From: a virus
Direction: 5' to 3' (one strand)
IMG/VR virus record: IMGVR_UViG_3300014645_000001
Length of the DNA stretch: 50,194 nucleotides
The translations under genes and the position numbers were made by a program. Below the pieces are notes generated by a model. That model searched no databases and was not told the origin of the DNA. It saw nothing but the letters and a program-made list of their open reading frames with translations. How positions within the stretch are numbered: position 1 is the first letter of the stretch; each line of letters opens with the position of its first letter. Shown piece by piece: positions 24,431-32,110 of the stretch.

Positions 24431-24637
24431 GTGGACTACACGGCAACAGTCGCGAAGAACATCCGGGAAGCACTAGCCCGGACGCGCTATCGGGTGACCG
24501 ACATGGCCGCAGTTATCGGCAAGTCTCGGAACAGTGCAAGGGCGAAGTACAAGGGGACCACCCGGATCACCGTAGATGAACTCGGGGCCATTTCAGAATG
24601 GCTCAACACCCCCGTCGCAGACTTCTTCACCAGCTGA
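24431..24637 (+). CDS. Cro/CI-type (XRE-like) helix-turn-helix protein
   Basis: GTG start 5 nt after GGAAGGAGGA. RVTDMAAVIGKSRNSARAKYKG is HTH-like. 68 aa. Confidence 0.6.
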   Translation: MDYTATVAKNIREALARTRYRVTDMAAVIGKSRNSARAKYKGTTRITVDELGAISEWLNTPVADFFTS

Positions 24638-24877
24638 CAACAAGCTCGACCCATCCGGCCACACCAGCCGGGACCAGTGACCTTATGAGCCCTCCGGGGC
24701 GAAGGACACCGGGAACGAATAGACCGACTGACCGAACAGTACGGGCACCACGAGACACCGCGTGCGTGCCTACACAGCAGGGAGCACCCGACAGAGCGCG
24801 GGTTGGTACAGCCAATAGGGCCTTGCTTGGAGGGATAGGCAGTCGGAGTCACGCGGGTAGGTCCCCGCGTGCAATCA

Positions 24878-24920
24878 GCCGGGACAGGACGCACGGAGGG
24901 TTCGAGCCCCTCCCCCGGCA
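24878..24920 (+). ncRNA. tRNA-like acceptor/T-arm minihelix (no D or anticodon arm), copy A
   Basis: GCCGGG / 11-nt bulge ACAGGACGCAC / GGAGGG-TTCGAGC-CCCTCC / CCCGGC + A. The T-loop is canonical and no CCA is encoded. The architecture recurs at 45436-45478. Confidence 0.4.
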
Positions 24921-24949
24921 CTCACAACCCATCAACGAACGGAAACATC

Positions 24950-25267
24950 ATGCAACTGTTCATAGAGCACGAGGAAACAGTCGCCCGTGAGAAGTGGAAG
25001 AGGGACGCACTGGAGCTGATCGTTCAGCTCGCCAAAACGGGCCGGGAGTTCACCTCCGACGACCTGTACCAGGCCGGCCTCAAACCGGCACCGCACCCCA
25101 ACATGGTGGGCCCGGTGTTCTACCGGGCCATGAACCTCGGGTACATCATCCCCACTCACCGGGTGCGCCGTTCCGAACGGAAAGCCCGCCGCCACGGCTG
25201 GGTCGCCGAATACCGTGGCGCCCACCACATGACCACCAGCACCAACCAGAACACCAACACCCCATAG
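24950..25267 (+). CDS. hypothetical protein (105 aa)
   Basis: ATG start, high GC3, and the first ORF after the 312-nt spacer. Confidence 0.55.
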   Translation: MQLFIEHEETVAREKWKRDALELIVQLAKTGREFTSDDLYQAGLKPAPHPNMVGPVFYRAMNLGYIIPTHRVRRSERKARRHGWVAEYRGAHHMTTSTNQNTNTP

Positions 25268-25275
25268 GAGGGGAC

Positions 25276-25377
25276 ATGACCTACATTCACTGGATGGACC
25301 TCACCGTCCTGCTCGTCTGCTCCGGCGCCCTCATCGGGGTGCTCGCGTTGGCCGACCTGATCGGGGGCCGCAAATGA
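25276..25377 (+). CDS. small membrane protein (33 aa)
   Basis: RBS AGGAGGGG. One hydrophobic helix (LTVLLVCSGALIGVLALADLI). ATGA-coupled downstream. Confidence 0.4.
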   Translation: MTYIHWMDLTVLLVCSGALIGVLALADLIGGRK

Positions 25378-25559
25378 GCCTCCCGTACCTGATCGACAAC
25401 ACCCTCCCCGGTGAAGCGGACATCGAGGTCACCCGGTACGAGGACGGCATCACGATCAGCCTCATCGACCAGTACACCGAACACGTGAACCTCACACCCG
25501 ACCAGGCCGTCGAACTAGCCTACGTACTGCTCACCATCTCAGGAAGGAAAGAACAATGA
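25374..25559 (+). CDS. hypothetical protein (61 aa)
   Basis: ATGA coupling at both ends. Confidence 0.5.
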   Translation: MSLPYLIDNTLPGEADIEVTRYEDGITISLIDQYTEHVNLTPDQAVELAYVLLTISGRKEQ

Positions 25560-25747
25560 GCAATCGCCGGAAACGACCCACCAAGAAAACCCGTGCGCAT
25601 CACTCCGCAAGCTATGTGCGAGGCGAATTCGAAGACTTTGCGGGACGAAAGACAGGTCTTGTGAACGGTCTGCGAATTCTCTCCCCAGGCGAGGAGCAAC
25701 CGAGACCTAACAGGGCTGGTCGTCGAGCACTCAGGAGGAAGTCATGA
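25556..25747 (+). CDS. small basic protein (63 aa)
   Basis: ATGA coupling; Arg/Lys-rich; AT-richer than its neighbours. Confidence 0.45.
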   Translation: MSNRRKRPTKKTRAHHSASYVRGEFEDFAGRKTGLVNGLRILSPGEEQPRPNRAGRRALRRKS

Positions 25748-26106
25748 ATTTTTACACCCCAGAGCACGTCGATATGCGCCAGTGTGACCCGACCTACCAG
25801 CCGTACGAGGCGTACCTGCCGAGCATCCCGGACCCCCTGGACGTGGAGGGCCCGGCGACCGAGACTGACGCCGCGGAGCAGGTCGGTACGTACCTGTACC
25901 GGGCGTCCGGTGACCCCGGCACCAAAGAGTTGCAGTGGCACGCCTGCCAAATCCAGATCCACCCCTGGTCGATCAAGCAGGGCACGTTCGAGCGGCTCGT
26001 CGACGAACTCCCCGAATGGTTCCCCCACTTCGACCACGAACTCGCCGCTGAGGTGTGGTTGTCCGACGTGGCATTCAGCCTCGACAAGAAGGAGGATCAA
26101 CCGTGA
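25744..26106 (+). CDS. hypothetical protein (120 aa)
   Basis: ATGA coupling and coding-like composition. Confidence 0.55.
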   Translation: MNFYTPEHVDMRQCDPTYQPYEAYLPSIPDPLDVEGPATETDAAEQVGTYLYRASGDPGTKELQWHACQIQIHPWSIKQGTFERLVDELPEWFPHFDHELAAEVWLSDVAFSLDKKEDQP

Positions 26107-26927
26107 GCCACGAACTGCAGTTCATGGAGAAGGCCCACCGGTACAAGATGCGCACCCCGCAAGGAGTGCTCGCCCAGGTGCCTGGTGTGACCACACTGAT
26201 CGGCGGCGGGATCCCCAAGCCAGCTTTGAACCCGTGGTACGCCCGGATGGTCGCCGAGTTCGTGGACCAGAACCCGCTGGAGGTGGAGCGCCTGCGGTCC
26301 CTACCCCCCGTACAACACCAGGGGCGGGAACGTTCCGCGTTGGTGGACGCCTTGTGCAAGGTGCCCACCGCGAAACGTGACAGTGCAGCCGAACGCGGCA
26401 CCCAAATCCACGCACTCGCCGAGAAAGTTGTGGCCGGCGATGAGGTTGCCGTGCCCGTGGAGCACGATGGGGAGGTCACCGGGTACGCTGAGTTCCTGGA
26501 CACCTGGGACATCACCCCGCTGGTCGTGGAAGGCCGGGGCGCGAACGCCACTGAATTCTATGCTGGGACGTTCGACCTAATCGCTACTTCACCGCATTGG
26601 GATGGTGTGGCTCTCCTGGATATCAAGACTTCAAACGGTGTCTATGGGGAGACAGCGATCCAGACAGCGGCATATGCCAAGTTTGAGTTCTACTTGGACA
26701 AGAATGGTAAGGAACAACCGATGCCGAAGATCGAGCGTACGTTCGTTGCTCACATCATGCCGTTCGGGACGGACCTCCACCCGCTCTGTACTTCGCCTGC
26801 TGAGATCGAGGAAGCATACCGCCAGTTCCTGTGTGCGGCGTACATCACGAAGACCGCGAAGCGCCGCAAAGATTTCCTGCGCGACCCGCTCCCCGCCCCC
26901 AATACCGGACAGAAGGAGGCCGCATGA
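26103..26927 (+). CDS. PD-(D/E)XK (RecB/Cas4-like) exonuclease
   Basis: GTGA-coupled start. Motifs GTQIHALAE, FDLIA...LLDIKTS and TAIQTAAYA (QxxxY). Confidence 0.7.
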   Translation: MSHELQFMEKAHRYKMRTPQGVLAQVPGVTTLIGGGIPKPALNPWYARMVAEFVDQNPLEVERLRSLPPVQHQGRERSALVDALCKVPTAKRDSAAERGTQIHALAEKVVAGDEVAVPVEHDGEVTGYAEFLDTWDITPLVVEGRGANATEFYAGTFDLIATSPHWDGVALLDIKTSNGVYGETAIQTAAYAKFEFYLDKNGKEQPMPKIERTFVAHIMPFGTDLHPLCTSPAEIEEAYRQFLCAAYITKTAKRRKDFLRDPLPAPNTGQKEAA

Positions 26928-27502
26928 GTCAATGGCGCCCTGTCCCCGGCTGGGAAGGTTTCTACGAGGTATCCGATGACGGACAGGTCAAGTCGCTGGA
27001 ACGTGTGGTCCCCCACCCGCGGTGGGGTACCATGCGCATGAAAGAGCGGATGCTTAAACCAGGAATCGGCGGCGATGGGTATCCGTCCGTAGTGCTTCAC
27101 GACAACGGCAGACGGTCCTCGTCAAAGGTGCACCGTCTTGTTCTCCTCGCCTTTGTCGGGCCTTGCCCAGCAGGTATGGAGGGATGCCACTGGGACGACA
27201 ACAAGACCAACAACACCCTGGGTAATCTCCGGTGGGCGCCACGCTCCGAGAACCTCAGAGACCAGGTCCGGAACGGCCGCCACATCATGGGGGCGAGAAC
27301 CCACTGCCCGCGTGGCCATGCATTAGTCGAGCCCAACTTGACGGCAAGTGGTATCCGGCACGGTCGCCGCAGGTGCCTATCTTGTGCCCGCACACGGAAT
27401 TACATCCGCAATCACGAGCAACGGAACGGCGAGACGTTCACAGTCCTGGAAGCGCAAACAATTTCCGACCAGTACCACCAAAAGATCACGAAGGAGAATT
27501 AA
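26924..27502 (+). CDS. HNH endonuclease (NUMOD4 + HNH_3 type) inserted between the exonuclease and RecT genes
   Basis: WRPVPGWEGFYEVSDDGQVKS is NUMOD4. VHRLVLLAF...CHWDDNKTNNTLGNLRW is HNH. ATGA-coupled upstream. Confidence 0.8.
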   Translation: MSQWRPVPGWEGFYEVSDDGQVKSLERVVPHPRWGTMRMKERMLKPGIGGDGYPSVVLHDNGRRSSSKVHRLVLLAFVGPCPAGMEGCHWDDNKTNNTLGNLRWAPRSENLRDQVRNGRHIMGARTHCPRGHALVEPNLTASGIRHGRRRCLSCARTRNYIRNHEQRNGETFTVLEAQTISDQYHQKITKEN

Positions 27503-27503
27503 C

Positions 27504-28493
27504 ATGTCTGAAATCGCGAACATCAGTCACGCAGACGGAGGCGTCCCCATCCAGCCGCAGGCGACTACCACCGCGGACACGGTGTCACTGGTCGCGTGGG
27601 CCAATGAGATGGCAGCTGCCGGGCAGCTGGCCGGGGCCCTGTGCCAGACACAGTTCGTGCCTGAGAACTTCCGCAACAAGGAGGGCGACACGGCGGCGGC
27701 GATCATGATGGGCAAGTCCCTCGGAATGGACCCGCTCAACGCACTGCAGAATCTGTTCGTCGTGCGAGGACGCCCGGGCATGTACGCCCGCGTCATGCAC
27801 TCGCTGGTGTTGCGCGCCGGTCACGAAGTGTACCGGTCAACGGCCACCGAACAGTCGGTGACGGTGAAGGCGCGTCGTCGCGGCAGCGGCCAATGGTCCG
27901 AGTTCACCTGGACGATGGAGCGTGCTAAGCGCGCCGGGTACGACAACAACGCGAAGTACCGGACCGACCCGCAGGCGATGCTCACTGCAAAGGCTTTGGC
28001 GGAGGCGTGCCGCACCATCGCCCCGGATGTGCTCACCGGTGTCGCCGCCACCACGGTGGAGGAGATCCAGCTCGGTGACTACGAGGATGCGGAGGTCGTG
28101 GAGGACACGCCCGCCCCTGCCCCCACCGAGCCCAAGCGCACGGTGAAGCGGAAGCCGCGGGGGAAGGCCCCGGAGCCGTCGGTGCCGGACCTGCCGGCGA
28201 CCCCGGAGCCCGAACCGGAGCCGGAGCAGGAGGACGAGGCGGGATCGGGTGAGGATGCCGCGGTGATGTCGGATCGGGCCCAGTGGACGCAGGCTGGGCA
28301 GCTGATGACCGACCTGGGTATCGAGGACAAGGCCGACAAGGCGGACGAGATGCGCCGGTGGGCGTCGGAGCAGGGCATCACCCGTGACTTGCCGTCGATG
28401 GCTGCGTTGTCCCGTGACGAGTGCGCGGCGTTCATCGACTACCTGCAGTCCCTGGCGACTGGCGGCGCGCCCTCGGCGGGGGACGCGGCGTGA
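27504..28493 (+). CDS. recT: RecT-family single-strand annealing protein
   Basis: Motifs ALCQTQFVPENFRNK, AAAIMMGKSLGMDPLNALQNLFVVRGRPGMYA and a Pro/Glu-rich C-terminal tail. Confidence 0.8.
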   Translation: MSEIANISHADGGVPIQPQATTTADTVSLVAWANEMAAAGQLAGALCQTQFVPENFRNKEGDTAAAIMMGKSLGMDPLNALQNLFVVRGRPGMYARVMHSLVLRAGHEVYRSTATEQSVTVKARRRGSGQWSEFTWTMERAKRAGYDNNAKYRTDPQAMLTAKALAEACRTIAPDVLTGVAATTVEEIQLGDYEDAEVVEDTPAPAPTEPKRTVKRKPRGKAPEPSVPDLPATPEPEPEPEQEDEAGSGEDAAVMSDRAQWTQAGQLMTDLGIEDKADKADEMRRWASEQGITRDLPSMAALSRDECAAFIDYLQSLATGGAPSAGDAA

Positions 28494-28669
28494 GTACGTG
28501 GCGTGTGACGGTGCGTGGTCGCCGTTGGTGGGTGTTCGGTGAGCGGTTCACCGCGACCCGGGTGGTGGATCACCCGGCGGACGCCGCGGCCGCAGCCGTG
28601 ATCCTCAGCAAACGGCTCCGACGGCAGGGTGCGCGGGGTGTGACCGCGTACTGGGAAGAGCAGAAGTAG
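28490..28669 (+). CDS. hypothetical protein (59 aa)
   Basis: GTGA overlap with the recT stop. Confidence 0.4.
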   Translation: MSTWRVTVRGRRWWVFGERFTATRVVDHPADAAAAAVILSKRLRRQGARGVTAYWEEQK

Positions 28670-28675
28670 AATCAC

Positions 28676-28703
28676 GTGGCCCCGGCAATCCCGCCGGGGC
28701 CAC
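28676..28703 (+). terminator. perfect 11-bp GC hairpin
   Basis: GTGGCCCCGGC-AATCCC-GCCGGGGCCAC, with no U-tract. Confidence 0.45.
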
Positions 28704-28725
28704 AGTCGTTGGAAGGACAGGGAAC

Positions 28726-29097
28726 ATGAACGTCAAAGACTTTCCGCTCCGGAACAAGATCGTAGAATCCGGCGTGGAGGACGGCATCACTTGGGTGACC
28801 GCTGAAGCCCCGATATATGGGGCTGTGAACGGATACGTGCGGATCGAGGGCCGACACCCGTGGAAGGATGCCGAGGAAACGTGGGACATCCGCAACACAG
28901 TGCCGTTCGGTGAGATTACCTTCAGGGAAGGCAACTGGTTCGGCTTCGACACTCTGCACGCTGGCCAGGCATGGCCCGACAGCACGTGGAAATACCCGGG
29001 CGACGTGCAGATGACCACGAAACTGGTCACCGAGTGGGCAAAACAGTTGGCGCATGACGCGGCATCCGCCGCCCGCACTGGCAACGACAACATCTAG
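28726..29097 (+). CDS. hypothetical protein (123 aa)
   Basis: RBS GGAAGGA, ATG start, coding-like composition. Confidence 0.6.
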   Translation: MNVKDFPLRNKIVESGVEDGITWVTAEAPIYGAVNGYVRIEGRHPWKDAEETWDIRNTVPFGEITFREGNWFGFDTLHAGQAWPDSTWKYPGDVQMTTKLVTEWAKQLAHDAASAARTGNDNI

Positions 29098-29114
29098 ACG
29101 AAGGAGACAAAGAC

Positions 29115-29615
29115 ATGGGTAAGTATACTGCGGTCGGGAACACGACGGCACCAGGTGAGCTTCGTTTCACGCCGAACGGTAAGGCGGTTTGCAACCTCAC
29201 GGTGGCGGAGACGACACGTCGGTTCGACAAGCAGGCGAACGAGTGGGTGGACGATTCGACGACTTTCTGGCGGTGCACCGTGTGGGGCAAACCGGCGGAA
29301 CCTGCGGCGGAGTCCCTGACGGACAAGGGTGTGCGGGTCGTGGTCGTGGGTGACGTCAAGACGCGCACGTGGGATGACAAAGACGGCAACAAGCGGTCCT
29401 CGACGGAGCTGGACAACTGTGAGGTGGCGCTGTCCACCCTGTACAACCCGGTGATCTCGAACCGTGGCGGCGGTGGCGCCCAGCCCCGCGGCAACCAGGG
29501 CGGCGGGTTCGGCCGCTCGGGCTTCCAGGGTGACTCGGGTGGCTTCTCTCAGCAGTCGGGTGGCTGGGAGACCCAGCAGCCGGGTGCCGGGCAGGACGAT
29601 GACTGCCCGTTCTGA
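29115..29615 (+). CDS. ssb: single-stranded DNA-binding protein
   Basis: An OB-fold N-terminus, a Gly-rich linker and an acidic tail ending DDDCPF. RBS GAAGGAG. Confidence 0.9.
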   Translation: MGKYTAVGNTTAPGELRFTPNGKAVCNLTVAETTRRFDKQANEWVDDSTTFWRCTVWGKPAEPAAESLTDKGVRVVVVGDVKTRTWDDKDGNKRSSTELDNCEVALSTLYNPVISNRGGGGAQPRGNQGGGFGRSGFQGDSGGFSQQSGGWETQQPGAGQDDDCPF

Positions 29616-29633
29616 CCTGCACCACCACCACAT

Positions 29634-29671
29634 GTTCGGGCCCTCGTGACCACGGTCGCGGGGGCCCGAAC
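29634..29671 (+). terminator. hairpin after ssb
   Basis: GTTCGGGCCC...GGGCCCGAAC form a 10-bp stem. Confidence 0.4.
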
Positions 29672-29696
29672 CGTACCCCAAGGGAGGGGAAAGCAC

Positions 29697-29984
29697 ATGA
29701 GTTTGAACGGCTTTGAACGAGAGACGGTCGTGACCGCGAGTGACGGTGACGACCTCGTGAGGGTGTGGACGGCCCAACGGACCGTGATCACCCGGATCAG
29801 TCGGGATTCACGCTTCACCATTGTGGATTCCGGGGAGCACGACGGCAGTCGGTGGGTGTCCGCCACGATCCCGGCGGAGAAGTGGAACCCGGTGACGGGG
29901 GCGAAGCGCACCCGGACGATGACCGACGAGCAGAAGGCAGCTGCGGCTGAGCGTCTGCGGGCCGCTCGTGAGGTGTCCCGGTGA
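29697..29984 (+). CDS. hypothetical protein (95 aa)
   Basis: RBS GGGAGGGG; GTGA-coupled downstream. Confidence 0.55.
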   Translation: MSLNGFERETVVTASDGDDLVRVWTAQRTVITRISRDSRFTIVDSGEHDGSRWVSATIPAEKWNPVTGAKRTRTMTDEQKAAAAERLRAAREVSR

Positions 29985-30445
29985 GCGTCGCAGATGACCT
30001 GGCGCAGCGCCTGGAGGCGGCGAGGGAGAAGTTCCACGCGGTGCGGGACTTCGTGGGCCCGGGTGATTCCCGGTTCAAGCCGGAGGTGATCCGGATGTAT
30101 GAGGCGGCGGTGGAGGTGTTGGAGGAAGCACACGAGCTCGCCGTGTCCTCCACCCCACCCCCGGCGCCGGAGCCACGGGCCCCGAAGGAGTCCTCGGCGG
30201 AGCGTGCCCGTCGTATCCGTGCGTCGCGTGAGCGTCGTCTGCGTGAGGCGCGGGATCGGGTTGACGCGTACGAGCGCACCCACCCGATTAACGAGCACGG
30301 GGTCCGCACCGGGCCGTCCGTGGCCGCGAACAACTACGTGCACCGCAACGCCGCCGTGGACCGCGAGCTGGACTCGTGGGCCACGTACCAGAAGGACATT
30401 CAGAGCATCCGGCACCTGACCGGACTACTCAAGAAGGAGAACTGA
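29981..30445 (+). CDS. hypothetical protein (154 aa)
   Basis: Coupled start and coding-like composition. Confidence 0.55.
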   Translation: MSVADDLAQRLEAAREKFHAVRDFVGPGDSRFKPEVIRMYEAAVEVLEEAHELAVSSTPPPAPEPRAPKESSAERARRIRASRERRLREARDRVDAYERTHPINEHGVRTGPSVAANNYVHRNAAVDRELDSWATYQKDIQSIRHLTGLLKKEN

Positions 30446-30446
30446 C

Positions 30447-31031
30447 ATGCGACAGATCAAGGCCAGTGAGGTCAAGCCCGGCATGGAGGTCCAGTTCGAC
30501 CTGTCCGGGTGGGTCATTAAGGGCGCCGTGGGGACCGTGAGTGTGCTCCCGCATTCGGTGTGGATTTACACGGAAAAGTGCTGCGCGATGTCCCTGGAGC
30601 TGGACTCCCCGGTCACGGTCCTGTCGGAACCGCAACCCGAGGAACCCACCTGGGCTGTCGCGAAAGTGGTTGCGGGTGCCTGTCGCTTCGTGAGAGGCAG
30701 CGATAAATCGTGGCTACGCGTGCACCCCGACGGTGCCGTGGGCAGCCTGCCGTTCTCATGGTCTGAGGTGTGCAGCTTTGGCCAGGTGACGGTTATCCCC
30801 GACAACGGGTGGGCGGTCCCCGAGGACGCCCCAGTGGAGTCCCCGGTGGTCCCGGAGCGTATCGAGGAATGGCCCGAGGACGATACGGCGCTGCGTCCGT
30901 ACAAGTGGCGGGACACGGACGGCGATGCATGGTGCTGGCACTGGGCAGAGGATGGGTGGGGGTACAACCATGCAACCTTCCCCAAGCCGTTTCCCGAGTG
31001 TTTTCCGATGACCCGCGTCACCTATGCGTGA
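30447..31031 (+). CDS. hypothetical Trp/Cys-rich protein (194 aa)
   Basis: ATG 2 nt after the upstream stop; coding-like composition. Confidence 0.55.
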   Translation: MRQIKASEVKPGMEVQFDLSGWVIKGAVGTVSVLPHSVWIYTEKCCAMSLELDSPVTVLSEPQPEEPTWAVAKVVAGACRFVRGSDKSWLRVHPDGAVGSLPFSWSEVCSFGQVTVIPDNGWAVPEDAPVESPVVPERIEEWPEDDTALRPYKWRDTDGDAWCWHWAEDGWGYNHATFPKPFPECFPMTRVTYA

Positions 31032-31125
31032 GCACCAGCGTCAATCCCTGGTGAGGGCAGTGGCGGCCCTACCTATCCGCGACACCTGGCCCCGGAACCA
31101 CTGGGGCATTCACCTAAGGAGACAC

Positions 31126-31773
31126 ATGGAACCCTATTACCAGGACGCAAATGTCACACTGTTCCACGGGGACTGCCTAGAGCTCGCGGACGTGTGGACC
31201 GGCGCGGACGTGCTCGTCACCGACCCGCCCTACGGCATCCGATACAACTCTGGGCAACGTCGGGAGAAGCTGGCGCGCTCCATCCTCGGGGATGAAGACA
31301 CATCCGCCCGTGACACCGTGCTCGCACTTTGGGCCGAGCGCCCGGCGCTAGTGTTCGGCACCTGGCGGGTCCCCCGCCCCGTAGACACCCGGGCGCTCCT
31401 GGTATGGGACACGAAGGGGGCCCTGGGCATGGGTGATCTCCGTATCCCGTGGAAGCCGTCCCATCAGGAGGTTTACGTCCTGGGGCACGGCTTCATGGGG
31501 AAGCGGTCCACGGACGTTCTCAGACACGCTCCCGTCCAGTCCATGACCAGGGGCGGCCGGACCCACCCTCACGAGAAGCCGCTACCGCTGATGCGGGACC
31601 TAATCACCAAGTGCCCCGAAGGGACCATCGTAGACCCGTTCGCTGGGTCAGGGTCCACCCTCGTGGCGGCCGCCGAACTAGGCCGGTGCGCCGTCGGTGT
31701 GGAGCTCGAAGAACGCTACTGTGAGATCATCGCGCAGCGCCTATCCCAGGGCGCGCTAGACCTCAACATCTAG
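31126..31773 (+). CDS. DNA methyltransferase (N6-adenine/N4-cytosine, beta class)
   Basis: RBS TAAGGAGA. Catalytic motif VTDPPYG and AdoMet motif VDPFAGSGST near the C-terminus. Confidence 0.85.
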   Translation: MEPYYQDANVTLFHGDCLELADVWTGADVLVTDPPYGIRYNSGQRREKLARSILGDEDTSARDTVLALWAERPALVFGTWRVPRPVDTRALLVWDTKGALGMGDLRIPWKPSHQEVYVLGHGFMGKRSTDVLRHAPVQSMTRGGRTHPHEKPLPLMRDLITKCPEGTIVDPFAGSGSTLVAAAELGRCAVGVELEERYCEIIAQRLSQGALDLNI

Positions 31774-31787
31774 GAAGGACCAGCACC

Positions 31788-31880
31788 ATGGAAGAGAAGA
31801 ACCGAGTCACTGTGGGGGTGGCCCAACTGGAGGCCGCAGTCGAAGACGCAACCAACGCACAACCGATGAGCGGGGAGTGA
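31788..31880 (+). CDS. micro-ORF (30 aa), not in the ORF track
   Basis: RBS AGGAAGGA. Its stop overlaps the next GTG start (GTGA). Confidence 0.3.
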   Translation: MEEKNRVTVGVAQLEAAVEDATNAQPMSGE

Positions 31881-32110
31881 ACACCATGCTCGAAACACAG
31901 CGTCAGGCCCTGGTGAAAGCGGTGGCCGTCCTACTCGATGAGGGGGCGGCCACCTACTGGGAGTTGGAGCACCAACGGGTGCTCTACGGTGCCACCCGGG
32001 ACGAGCTCACCGAGCTACTGCACGACCTGGACACCCGGGTCGCCAACGAATACGAAACCGGACCCCGCCCCGTGCGGGGTTCTTCCACACATGAGGAGGA
32101 AGCAGCGTGA
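31877..32110 (+). CDS. hypothetical protein (77 aa)
   Basis: Coupled at both ends. The start could instead be ATG 31886. Confidence 0.5.
   Translation: MNTMLETQRQALVKAVAVLLDEGAATYWELEHQRVLYGATRDELTELLHDLDTRVANEYETGPRPVRGSSTHEEEAA

Noticed and set aside
24667-24920. A tmRNA interpretation of the spacer: 5' GCCGGGA at 24667 pairing with the 3' CCCGGC, and GGAC preceding the T arm as in tmRNA.
   Set aside because: There is no G3-U70 pair for Ala charging, no UUCGAC-type D-loop analogue after the 5' strand, no plausible tag reading frame ending in hydrophobic residues plus a stop, and no CCA. The nearer GCCGGG at 24878 gives the same minihelix geometry as the second locus.
24878-24920. attP core: a phage copy of a host tRNA 3' end used for integration.
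   Set aside because: No integrase or excisionase-like gene was recognised anywhere in the closed genome. The presence of a 5' pairing strand at identical spacing in two loci is not explained by att homology. This cannot be fully excluded without the host genome.
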